A stretch of DNA of 39,498 nt from a virus: IMG/VR virus record IMGVR_UViG_3300035034_001051; one strand, written 5' to 3'. The notes below the pieces were generated by a model, which was given only the letters and a program-made list of their open reading frames with translations, searched no databases and was not told the DNA's origin. The first letter of the stretch is position 1, and every line of letters begins with the position of its first letter. Shown in pieces: positions 24,435-33,383 of the stretch. Both the position numbers and the translations under genes were made by a program.

Positions 24435-26972
24435 TTAGTTAGAGTTCAATATACCCAGTCTTGATCTTTCAAGATTCTGGTTTATTTCTTTAGTTTTCTT
24501 GACTTGAGTTTTACCTCTGGAATCCCTTAGTGCTTTAGTGCTGATGTAGTAATCATTAAGTCGGTTAGTAGGTACCTTATACTGACCATAAAGATCTGTG
24601 TAAAGGTCTTCATATTCACCTGTCTCTTTACTCAAACCCTGTATAATCGTCCACTGACCTTTTGTACCTGACTGTCGATACCTGAAGTCATCATAGTTAT
24701 TCTCAACCCACTCAAGCTCGTTGTTAACAGCACGTACGTTAGTTTCTGAATTATCTCTAGTATACATCTCAGCTACCACCAAGTCCATTGTATCCCTAAT
24801 GAAGTCAGACTCATAAGCCTCAACGCGTTTCTTTGTACTTCCTAGATTATCAGGTGAAACCATAAACTGGCCCGTAGAAGAGATAAGCTGGCCATCTTCA
24901 ACGTACTTTTTAAAGGACTTCAAAAGCTGTGATGAATTAAGCTCAGGAGCTATTACCTGCATCTGTTGCATATGCTTTTCAGCTGCTGTTTTTACCATAC
25001 TATCTGACAAGTCAATGGACACTGTTTGGTCTGGAAATAGAGCGTCAAACCCAAGGGCACGTTCTACATTAACTGTAAGTTCTGTTGTCTCAAGTTCAGC
25101 TATGGCCTCTCTACGTACATTCCTTTGGTTAGAGTCAAGTACAGGATCAGTTCCTCGTGTAGTAGCTTCCTTGTAGATGTCATACATGTTGCCACGGCCA
25201 CCTAGCTGTAAGTACTTAAAGCCATTCTTAATGTTGTGTATCAGCTCTGCCTCAGTACTTGAGGCTAGAAGCTCTCTATATGATCCTGTGTTAATACGGA
25301 CCTCATCAAGCCTCTCAGCCACATTTACAAAATCTTCCTCTGAGTTAATCGAGGTGTTATCCAAAGCGTCTGAAAGAATCTTTGCAGGATTAACTTGGGA
25401 TAACTCTGACATAGAGTCAAGCTGCATAAGATTTGTTCCAAAGGTCTCAAAGTCATCTTTGAATCCTATAGGGAAGTTCCTTAGTAAAGCATCTTCAATA
25501 GCTGTGTCAGTAAGTGCCTTATCTGTTCTCTTGTAGTTTGTCATATACTTGTTAGGATCAGGCTGATCAAGCGCTTTAGTGCTAGCATTTACAATATCCG
25601 CATCTCTAAGTAGAGCTGTTTGTATGTTAGCTTCAGAGCCACTAAACCTTCCTAACATAACCTCTTTGTTTTCAGAAGGCATTTTAGATTCTATAATATC
25701 AGTCCTGTTTTTCTCAAGTAAAACTTGGGCTTCGTTAAGCTTTCCTCTTGAGGTAAGATCATTTATACGGCCTACCGTGTTTCTAATAGCCTGGTCCTGA
25801 GCAAGGTTTAAAGTCTCCCCCTTCGTAATGGACCTAAGTGTCTTATCCTTAAGGGCTTCAATTTCTTTAGACTTTCCCTGAAGAGGGCTTGTCATGTCAG
25901 CCTTACCATCTCCATTAGTATCTATAGGAGCTTGGGCTACCTCAGTTGCCTCTAGCCACTTTGCGTACTCCTCCTGGGCGAGCTGATAGTTACCTCTAGT
26001 GGCATGGAACTCTATTCTTTCAGCATGGGTTCCAAGTACGTTAAGGGCTCTCTCAGCTGCATCATCAGGGGATACATTAAGGTTTTCGGCCTTTTGCATG
26101 TTAGCCATCATATCTTTTACAAAGTTCCTAGACTCATCTGTATCATCTGAGTAGAATCTTGCAGAGTAGATATTTTCCCTACGATCAAGTTCAGAGGTTT
26201 TTATAAGGGCCCTCTGGTCTTTTGCCCATGATGCTTTGGCTGTTACAGCATTATCAATAAGATTTGTTCTTGAGTTCTGAAACTTACTTAATTGCTTGTT
26301 GATTGCAGCCTTGTCATCAGAGGCACTTTGTACGATCTCTTGTAAAGTAAGTCCATAGCCTTGTTGTGATAAAATCTCTTGTGCGTGGCGGGTAGCAGAC
26401 TCTGTTATGTTAAAGTCTTTTATAGCAGCAGTGCCTTTTATCGAGGCAAGCTCTGCTTTTGCCATTTGCATTGAGGTTGTAGTAACATCATCAAGAATAA
26501 CCTCTGCCATACCTGTTGTAATTGCAGTGTCTCCAGACTCCATAGCCTGCCTGAAATATTGACCAACACCTTGACGATCTCCTGATCCAGTAACCATGAG
26601 GAGGGTTCTTTGGTTAGCCTCAAGCCTACGTTCTTCAGCAGCTGCCTCTGAGGCTTCCTTATCAGCCTTTCTTTGAGCAGCAGCCTCTGCATCTTGCTTT
26701 TCCTGTAAACGTAATCTGAACCCTAGCTCCCGCCTTTCTTCACTTTTAACCCTCTGCTCTACAGCTAAAGCCTCTTTCTCCCTTCGGAGGTTTTCATTTG
26801 AAGCGTCTTCCATAGCAGAGGTTACTGATTGCGCAGTATCTTGGATAAGTCCTATGGAGCTAAGGAAGCTTTCAGTTTTACCTGAGGTGCTTGGTGTAGT
26901 CTTAAATGACACAGTCCTTGCAGGGGCGTTTAGTGTCATCTTTGGTATATTGGGTATGGGTGTTCTAGCCAT
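24435..26972 (-). CDS. Internal virion protein C (T7 gp15-like, 845 aa)
   Basis: Position and size. Helical, E/K/Q-rich composition. Confidence 0.7.
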   Translation of the reverse strand: MARTPIPNIPKMTLNAPARTVSFKTTPSTSGKTESFLSSIGLIQDTAQSVTSAMEDASNENLRREKEALAVEQRVKSEERRELGFRLRLQEKQDAEAAAQRKADKEASEAAAEERRLEANQRTLLMVTGSGDRQGVGQYFRQAMESGDTAITTGMAEVILDDVTTTSMQMAKAELASIKGTAAIKDFNITESATRHAQEILSQQGYGLTLQEIVQSASDDKAAINKQLSKFQNSRTNLIDNAVTAKASWAKDQRALIKTSELDRRENIYSARFYSDDTDESRNFVKDMMANMQKAENLNVSPDDAAERALNVLGTHAERIEFHATRGNYQLAQEEYAKWLEATEVAQAPIDTNGDGKADMTSPLQGKSKEIEALKDKTLRSITKGETLNLAQDQAIRNTVGRINDLTSRGKLNEAQVLLEKNRTDIIESKMPSENKEVMLGRFSGSEANIQTALLRDADIVNASTKALDQPDPNKYMTNYKRTDKALTDTAIEDALLRNFPIGFKDDFETFGTNLMQLDSMSELSQVNPAKILSDALDNTSINSEEDFVNVAERLDEVRINTGSYRELLASSTEAELIHNIKNGFKYLQLGGRGNMYDIYKEATTRGTDPVLDSNQRNVRREAIAELETTELTVNVERALGFDALFPDQTVSIDLSDSMVKTAAEKHMQQMQVIAPELNSSQLLKSFKKYVEDGQLISSTGQFMVSPDNLGSTKKRVEAYESDFIRDTMDLVVAEMYTRDNSETNVRAVNNELEWVENNYDDFRYRQSGTKGQWTIIQGLSKETGEYEDLYTDLYGQYKVPTNRLNDYYISTKALRDSRGKTQVKKTKEINQNLERSRLGILNSN

Positions 26973-26984
26973 TATAGATCCTAT

Positions 26985-27644
26985 TTATCTTAGTTGTTGA
27001 CGGATAAGTGCACCTGATTCAAACTCGTCACTGTATCCAGTTCTTTTAGCATTCTCAAGGGAGGTAACAGCCCCTGCTTTCATAAAGGTTTCAGGGTTTG
27101 AAAAGAATGAGCCAACCTGGTCAGCAGCACTTCCAAATGTAGCACCTGCCCCGAACATAGACTGTCCACCAAGGTATCCTTGTACAGCTCCACCTCCAAT
27201 TGTAAGCAAGGTTTCAAGACCACCAGGGCGAGACGCGTTAGCTGCACGTACTGCACTAGCTCTCTGAAGTTCTGTAGCTGATTTCTGTGTGTTGATTTGG
27301 GTAAGGGATTGTGTAAGGTTTCTTTCAGTTACTGCAAGGTTCTTTGCACCCTGAGCCCCTACATTACCTACAACTCTGTTTACCCCTGTTCCTGTTACAC
27401 CAGCCTCACCAGCTGATGCCCTTTGGGTAGAGATAGCCTCTGCTAGTTGAATCTTTTGTTCAGTAGCTAGCTCAGATGCTTGTGATTCTTGTTGCCTTGC
27501 CTGTGTGTTAAGCTGCTGCTGAGTCATATTTGAATCAAGTGTAGCAGACTTAACAGCAGCATCAGCCGCCTCTTGTCTTTGGTTAATCTGAGCTGCACCT
27601 GAAAGAGCACCTAACGCCCCAAAGAAGAGTAAGGGATTACACAT
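26985..27644 (-). CDS. Internal virion protein B (T7 gp14-like, 219 aa)
   Basis: N-terminus MCNPLLFFGALGALSGAAQ parallels T7 gp14 MCWAAAIPIAISGAQA. Q/A-rich. The position agrees. Confidence 0.75.
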   Translation of the reverse strand: MCNPLLFFGALGALSGAAQINQRQEAADAAVKSATLDSNMTQQQLNTQARQQESQASELATEQKIQLAEAISTQRASAGEAGVTGTGVNRVVGNVGAQGAKNLAVTERNLTQSLTQINTQKSATELQRASAVRAANASRPGGLETLLTIGGGAVQGYLGGQSMFGAGATFGSAADQVGSFFSNPETFMKAGAVTSLENAKRTGYSDEFESGALIRQQLR

Positions 27645-28089
27645 TGTTAATCTCCTTGTAGAAGTAAATAAATGAAGCGCCTGTGGAAGGTGCTGTTTGG
27701 GTATGGTTTGTAATGATAAAGCCTACTCGTCTAAGCCATTCAATATGTACAATGTTAGCACTATAAATGAAATTATGCAATAGACCTTGATATTGTCCAT
27801 AGAACTTAAGGAGTTCTGAGGTTGACTCATGGAAGTCCTTTACGTTTTCTTCAATCAGCTTGGAGGTTGTCATAGCCCAGATGACCCCTTGATCAGAGAT
27901 TCCTGACATCATGGCAATCTCACCATCAGAGTACATAGCAAAGTGGTATCCAGGGACCCTTATAGACTGCTTAAGGCAATCCACAGGGTCCTTGAATCCT
28001 CCAGCTAAGCACTCTTCTTTATCTGCGGTCCTCAGGTTAGGGGCGATTGCCTCTACATGAGCATCAGTTGCAGCTTCGAAGTAGTACAT
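27637..28089 (-). CDS. Internal virion protein A (gp13-position protein, 150 aa)
   Basis: Called on position between tail tubular B and the gp14-like gene. 8-nt overlap with the next gene. Confidence 0.55.
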   Translation of the reverse strand: MYYFEAATDAHVEAIAPNLRTADKEECLAGGFKDPVDCLKQSIRVPGYHFAMYSDGEIAMMSGISDQGVIWAMTTSKLIEENVKDFHESTSELLKFYGQYQGLLHNFIYSANIVHIEWLRRVGFIITNHTQTAPSTGASFIYFYKEINNV

Positions 28090-30548
28090 TAGTTAGCGTT
28101 CCTTCCTCGTGTTGTCCAATACCTGAGAGTTACATCAGCGAATTGGAAGTTGCTAGGTAAGTAAGTATCGTTGATAAACGAAACCTCTACAGAAGTGTTG
28201 ATAGCGTTAATAGGCACAGAGAAAATTCCTGTATCCACTGGCATCTTACCAAAGGTGTTTGTAGATACCCCCTTAGATCTACCAGAGAACTCTTTGGTTC
28301 TTGCAGTTCTGTTGTTGATTGCCACCTCAACCTTGAAGTTTGTAGAGTTAAAGTAGTTAATGTCCATCTTTAGGAGATTGGTTCTACCAGCTGTAATGGC
28401 CCTAGAGCCTTGAGAATTCCCTGAGCGCATATAGGTGGTACCTAAAGTATACTTTGACTTGTAGGTTACCCCCAGTGCCAAGGTTCCTAAGGAAGTTCCT
28501 TTTACAGTAATATCACTACCTGAGATGTCCAAGACTTCTACAGACTGGCCATAGGAATCCTCACTTAAGGACACTGCAACTGTATCTGAGGAGGGCTGCA
28601 TAGGCAAGGTGTACACTGTGTTACCTGAAGCCTCTACCGAGCTTACATCTACATTATTGGTATCTATACGGTTATCCAGATAAATGAGAAAGTCCTCATC
28701 ACTTGTAACCAAGTCAGATGATAGGTCAACTTTAAGTAGTGCAGGGCTTCTAGGTGAGTTCACATAAGAGACGAAAAGAAATAGCTCATCGTTCTTAAAG
28801 AATCCATTGTTAACCTCAAGTCTCTCAGAGTTGTCTATGACACCTGGAGTAACTACTTCAAGTTTATCCTCAAAGGTAAATGTATGCCAGGCTGATTGAA
28901 CCTTTTGTTCTCCGGACCAGAGGTACTGGTAGATGAAGATTTTACCTTTAGCCCCTACGGCCACAAGCTTTGCATCGGGTGACGCTCTAAGCCACTTAGT
29001 GTTCCTAGGGATAAAGTTAGGCACATGTGAGGTAACAGTAGATGCATCGTTTCCCTGGATAGTTTCAGCAAAGTAATACTCTTTTACCTCTGAGGAGTTT
29101 GTAGACTCGGAAGTAAAGAACAAAGAACTACCTGACAGAACAGGTGATACTGAAGGGGACACATCAAACTCAGTAACCTTAGAGGCCTCAATAGTAGAGT
29201 TTGACAGAACACCTTGCGATCTTATCACATGTTGGTGCTTGTCTGAAGTTAAGAGTAACTCCTCTCTCCAGGGGACGGCATGCTTAATGTCACTGGCATC
29301 AGGTGTATTAACTGTAACCTCAACTGGATCTGCATCAAGAAGGGCAGCCACAGAGTTCGGGAAGTAATTAAAGAAGTTACCTGACTCACTCATGGATACA
29401 GTAGACCCTGTAAAGAACCCTAAACGGTTCCTAAAGAAGAAAAGACCTTCAATGTAATTATCAACAAAAGAAGGAAATGGGGCTGTATCATCATCACCTA
29501 TCTCACGCTCTTCATAATTTATAAGGCCTACAGTAAATTCACCATTGGTTTCTTCGGTAATCTTAAATGGCACAGTACTATCAAAGTACCTAAAGAATAC
29601 TCCAGGCGCTATGGTCTCCCTCCAGACTACTCTAGGAAATCCTGTAGCATTAGGTTGGTACTCATTATCGTTAAAGGCTTCTACCCAGTAAGCATCAGCA
29701 GAGACATCATCAGCATTACCTGTGATCCTTACCTTAAACCCTAGAGGAGCTTTGCGGGGAAGGTCAGAGAATAGCTGGAGGTCTTCTTTAATAGGGTACA
29801 TAGCTGTATCCCCAAAGCCATCAGCTGAGGTAATAGAGAAGTCCTTTGACAGGTTTTCAATAGCTAGGATATTATCTCTAACCTCAAATACCCAAGTACC
29901 TACAGAGCCTATGGCATCAGCCACAAGATCAGCCTGAAGTTCAGCTGCAATATTCGCTGTATCTACATCAAAGGTGTCTGAGGATGAGCTTCCATCCGGA
30001 GTGGTATACCTACCTACAATAAAATCATCATCGTTTGTAAGAACTACCTTATAGGTTTTACCAAATTGACCTTCCTTTACGTAGATCAGAGCATTTTGAG
30101 TACTACCCCCAGTAACCAAAGAGAAGTCTTTAAGTACCTTGGTTTTTCTATTAAGTACAATAGAGGTATCTGCAATAGTGAGTATTCGAATGTCATCAAG
30201 GAAGGAAGCGGCTGTGCTCAAGTAATCTGTAATCAAAGTTTCTGCTGAGGGACTTGAGTAATTAACAACCCGATTAGTTCCATCGTCATCGTAAATCTCA
30301 ATACCATTGAAGCCTACCTGAATGAAGTAGTTATTATCCACATTACGCTTAACATAATGAATAAAGGCATCAGCGTCATACGTTTGAAGTTCTTTTACAA
30401 AGAAACTTGAAGGCCTCTTCAAGAGACCTAGAGTAGGATCAGAGTAAAAGTTAATCTGATTACGAGCCTGGGTATCAAATCGGATACTATCAGGCTGCTG
30501 GCTAATCCCATTCACAAAGGAAGGAAGCTGTTTAGTAAATGTTGGCAT
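28089..30548 (-). CDS. Tail tubular protein B (T7 gp12-like, 819 aa)
   Basis: Size and position. ATGA-type coupling with the gp11-like gene. Confidence 0.8.
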   Translation of the reverse strand: MPTFTKQLPSFVNGISQQPDSIRFDTQARNQINFYSDPTLGLLKRPSSFFVKELQTYDADAFIHYVKRNVDNNYFIQVGFNGIEIYDDDGTNRVVNYSSPSAETLITDYLSTAASFLDDIRILTIADTSIVLNRKTKVLKDFSLVTGGSTQNALIYVKEGQFGKTYKVVLTNDDDFIVGRYTTPDGSSSSDTFDVDTANIAAELQADLVADAIGSVGTWVFEVRDNILAIENLSKDFSITSADGFGDTAMYPIKEDLQLFSDLPRKAPLGFKVRITGNADDVSADAYWVEAFNDNEYQPNATGFPRVVWRETIAPGVFFRYFDSTVPFKITEETNGEFTVGLINYEEREIGDDDTAPFPSFVDNYIEGLFFFRNRLGFFTGSTVSMSESGNFFNYFPNSVAALLDADPVEVTVNTPDASDIKHAVPWREELLLTSDKHQHVIRSQGVLSNSTIEASKVTEFDVSPSVSPVLSGSSLFFTSESTNSSEVKEYYFAETIQGNDASTVTSHVPNFIPRNTKWLRASPDAKLVAVGAKGKIFIYQYLWSGEQKVQSAWHTFTFEDKLEVVTPGVIDNSERLEVNNGFFKNDELFLFVSYVNSPRSPALLKVDLSSDLVTSDEDFLIYLDNRIDTNNVDVSSVEASGNTVYTLPMQPSSDTVAVSLSEDSYGQSVEVLDISGSDITVKGTSLGTLALGVTYKSKYTLGTTYMRSGNSQGSRAITAGRTNLLKMDINYFNSTNFKVEVAINNRTARTKEFSGRSKGVSTNTFGKMPVDTGIFSVPINAINTSVEVSFINDTYLPSNFQFADVTLRYWTTRGRNAN

Positions 30549-31153
30549 TACTTATTACCCCTGAAGTAGTTACGGTTTCTTGGGTTAATACGGCTGACAA
30601 CTCTAGAGGACCTATCACCACCAAGTATATGATTGTAATCTTTAGATCGAACATCATCATTCTTAAGCTCTGCCCATGCCGTATTTTCTTCAGCACCAAT
30701 GTACCCATTAAGTACTTGGTCACCTAAGGTTCTCTGCTGGAAGACCCTTGAGGCCTTAAGTGCAATGTACCTTCGAGCTGACTGAGGTAGTTCCTCAAAC
30801 TCAAGGGCCAAGATCATGATAATCTCTAAGGGGTCCTTGAAGACATAGGTGTTCTCTTCTTTATTGTAGAGCCTATCACCTCTAATGACAACATTTTTTG
30901 AAGTATCCTTTGAGTCGGCCTCAAGGGCGTTTGCTGGTATATAAAGAAATCCGTTAACATCAGGGGATAACTTAAAGACTTCTCTGTTAAAGTTCCAGCC
31001 TACCTGTTGTACATCAAGTAAAGACTCATTAAGTACCTGCTCTGCAACTTCTGCATCAAGGTCCCCAGAGGCCAAGGATTCTACAGGACTTAGCTGAGAG
31101 TTTGCAAGTATAATGTTAATTGCTTGTAATTTTGTTAGCCTTGTTAAAGCCAT
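30548..31153 (-). CDS. Tail tubular protein A (T7 gp11-like, 201 aa)
   Basis: AINIILANSQLSPVESL vs T7 gp11 AVNDILASIGEPPVSTL. RRYIALKASRVFQQRTLG vs RYWIVTKASRQFNNRFFG. Confidence 0.85.
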   Translation of the reverse strand: MALTRLTKLQAINIILANSQLSPVESLASGDLDAEVAEQVLNESLLDVQQVGWNFNREVFKLSPDVNGFLYIPANALEADSKDTSKNVVIRGDRLYNKEENTYVFKDPLEIIMILALEFEELPQSARRYIALKASRVFQQRTLGDQVLNGYIGAEENTAWAELKNDDVRSKDYNHILGGDRSSRVVSRINPRNRNYFRGNK

Positions 31154-31171
31154 GGTTTTCTCCTAGTAAAT

Positions 31172-31192
31172 AAAAAGGGCCCCGTAGGACCC
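31172..31192 (-). terminator. Strong intrinsic terminator after the major capsid gene (T-phi analogue)
   Basis: Minus strand reads GGGUCC-UACG-GGGCCC followed by UUUUUAUUU, 30 nt after the capsid stop. Confidence 0.8.
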
Positions 31193-31221
31193 TTCAAGTT
31201 TGTAGCCAGTGGCCCTTAGGC

Positions 31222-32166
31222 TTAGTTAGCTACAGTGTTAATCTCAACGGCACACTCTGGCTGGAGGATACCATGACCAACCATCATAGTTGAGACCATC
31301 AACCAAGCTTGATACTCAGTCATGTAATCCATCTCAGTAACAATGTCCATGAGCTTAACAGTACCAACAGCTTCTTTAGTCATAACCAGACCAGATACGT
31401 TAGAAGCATCTACGTCATACTTACCACCAATAGTGCCAGTGATGTTAGACTGGGGCAGGTTGTTAGTACGGACAACTTCCATACCAGCGATACCTTTAAC
31501 CAGGCCAGTATCAAAACCACCATTAGAGTCATTGTAGTCACGGCTAACAATACGATCTTCTTGAACTAGCAAGTAGTACTCAAGAGGCTTAAGGTAGGCA
31601 TAAGCCATAGATTTAACATCTTTCTCATCAAGAGTCTGACGAGCGGCAAACATAGCCTTGAACAGCTCAGAGCCATCAGTAGAGGCAGCAGCGTTAGTTA
31701 CTTCTCCACCACCGGGCAGGCTAGTTACAGAGTTAGCAGCACGAGCGGCCAAGATACCAACCTGAGCTACAGTGCTATCCCAATACTGAGCTAGGCTTTC
31801 ACCCAGTTGCTTGGTGTGAGTTTGACGAGTGTCAAAGTGAGAGAAAGCTTCGTCTTGCTTAGAAAGGAATACAGACTCATAAAGCTGACCATCAATAGTA
31901 ATGTTTTCTTCCGCGTAAGGTACAGTAGCGTTAGTGACTGCATCACCACGTGCCAGGTACTTAGAAGCCGCTGAGAGACGTCCAGACTTAGGGAACTGTG
32001 CAGACTTACCAGAGGTAATAGACTTAACAGTATGCTTGTCTGCGAATTGAGTGGTCCGATCAAAGGAAGCGATTACTTCGCCAGCTGAGACTTTGAGGAA
32101 TAGCGCAAGATCATTACCAGCGTTGTTAACGGAACCGAAATTTGAAACAGTAGGAGTAAAAGGCAT
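31222..32166 (-). CDS. Major capsid protein (T7 gp10-like, 314 aa)
   Basis: Position between scaffold and tail tubular A, followed by the strongest terminator. The start is set at the ATG at 32166 (MPFTPTV...) with AAGGAAA upstream. The track extension to 32211 lacks an RBS. Confidence 0.85.
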   Translation of the reverse strand: MPFTPTVSNFGSVNNAGNDLALFLKVSAGEVIASFDRTTQFADKHTVKSITSGKSAQFPKSGRLSAASKYLARGDAVTNATVPYAEENITIDGQLYESVFLSKQDEAFSHFDTRQTHTKQLGESLAQYWDSTVAQVGILAARAANSVTSLPGGGEVTNAAASTDGSELFKAMFAARQTLDEKDVKSMAYAYLKPLEYYLLVQEDRIVSRDYNDSNGGFDTGLVKGIAGMEVVRTNNLPQSNITGTIGGKYDVDASNVSGLVMTKEAVGTVKLMDIVTEMDYMTEYQAWLMVSTMMVGHGILQPECAVEINTVAN

Positions 32167-32315
32167 AATAGTTTCCTTAATGGATGTAAAGTAATTTTCT
32201 ACTAAACACATTAAAGTCCACTAGTTTCCAGGATTATCCTCTCAAAGGTCTGGCCGCAGCGTTTCCAGGGGAGGGTCAAAGTTACTTATAGTACTTAAGT
32301 GTTCATGCCTACAAG

Positions 32316-32343
32316 TATATAGAGACACCCCCTGGATTGTCAA
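32316..32343 (-). promoter_or_regulatory. sigma70-like promoter upstream of the capsid gene (TTGACA-N16-TATATA)
   Basis: Perfect -35 (plus tgtcaa 32338..32343), 16-nt spacer, -10 tatata (32316..32321). About 150 nt upstream of the capsid ATG, just after the scaffold stop. Confidence 0.45.
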
Positions 32344-32351
32344 CCCCTATA

Positions 32352-33221
32352 TCAAAATAAGTTAGATCGGCCAAGCTTCTGTTCAACCATTTGGACATAA
32401 GCAGTGTCTACACGCTGACCTTGTCCTGTATACCGTGGGTCATTCATAGCAGCTACCATCTCAGCTACTGACTCAAAGGTTTCACCCGAGGTTGATTCAG
32501 GAGTTCCTTTGGCCCTTGAGCCTTCGTATCCTGTAGCTTTCTTGTAGTTACCTACGATAACCTCAAAGAGTCCTTTAGCTGTCTCAACGTCCTGGCTCTG
32601 GATTGCTGCGTTGTACGCCTTGGTGATTGCAGACTCTCCTTCTTTTGCAACCCACTGGTTGATCTTATCAAAGTTTTCCTTATCGCCTGCAATCTCATAG
32701 AAGTCTTTTGCTGTAGCTTCACTACGCATGCGGAGACCTTCCATGTAAATCTCAGTCATTTCCTTGTTAAACCCCTTAGCTTCGAGCTTCTCATAGGACT
32801 CTTTGCTCAGGTCACCTGTAGAGTAGAACTCATCATTAAATGTTTCCATATCCTCAGAGGTAATCTTAGCTCCGTCTTCAGAGTCCTTATCTTCAGAGTC
32901 CTTATCTTCAGAGTCCTTATCTTCAGAGTCCTTATCGGATTCTTCTGCATCTTCAGTGGATTCGTCTTGCTTTCCACCTTGCTTCTTTTCAAGCTCGGCA
33001 TATGCCTTGGCCATATCTTCAACGGACTTGAACTTTTCAGGCAACCACTCAGGGCGGTTAGTGTCTTTTTCCTCTTCACCCTCTTTGGCTGGCACATCTT
33101 CACCTCGCTCACGAGCTTCTGACAAGGCGATCATTTCTTTATCATGGTCACTCATGCCAATGGCGTTCGGGTCCTGATTTACATTATCGTCTTGGACTTC
33201 TTGGTTATTTACTTCTGGCAT
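32352..33221 (-). CDS. Scaffolding protein (T7 gp9-like, 289 aa)
   Basis: Highly acidic, positioned between portal and capsid. Contains a (DKDSE)x4 repeat. Confidence 0.8.
   Translation of the reverse strand: MPEVNNQEVQDDNVNQDPNAIGMSDHDKEMIALSEARERGEDVPAKEGEEEKDTNRPEWLPEKFKSVEDMAKAYAELEKKQGGKQDESTEDAEESDKDSEDKDSEDKDSEDKDSEDGAKITSEDMETFNDEFYSTGDLSKESYEKLEAKGFNKEMTEIYMEGLRMRSEATAKDFYEIAGDKENFDKINQWVAKEGESAITKAYNAAIQSQDVETAKGLFEVIVGNYKKATGYEGSRAKGTPESTSGETFESVAEMVAAMNDPRYTGQGQRVDTAYVQMVEQKLGRSNLF
32877..32936. repeat. Four exact tandem copies of the 15-bp unit ttcagagtccttatc inside the scaffold gene
   Basis: Read directly at 32877, 32892, 32907 and 32922. Encodes DKDSE x4 on the minus strand. 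Confidence 0.9.
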
Positions 33222-33230
33222 AATGATTCC

Positions 33231-33380
33231 TTAGTTAGAACGAACTTCACATCCATACACTTTACGTACGGCTGAAGTTTCTTTAGGGGGTTTTTGTGTA
33301 GCCTTTGATACGTTAATACGCTTTTTCTTAGGCTCGTTATTTACTGTCTTTGTTTCTTCTGTAATGGGTTCGTCTGTCAT
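33231..33380 (-). CDS. Small basic hypothetical protein (49 aa) between portal and scaffold, not in the ORF track
   Basis: Hand translation: MTDEPITEETKTVNNEPKKKRINVSKATQKPPKETSAVRKVYGCEVRSN. GAAGGA lies 6 nt upstream of the ATG. It fills the whole intergenic gap. Confidence 0.45.
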   Translation of the reverse strand: MTDEPITEETKTVNNEPKKKRINVSKATQKPPKETSAVRKVYGCEVRSN

Positions 33381-33383
33381 GGT

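Noticed and set aside
32167-32211. 15-codon N-terminal extension of the capsid ORF (MCLVENYFTSIKETI)
   Set aside because: No RBS, whereas the ATG at 32166 has AAGGAAA at a suitable distance, and MPFTP... is a plausible capsid N-terminus.
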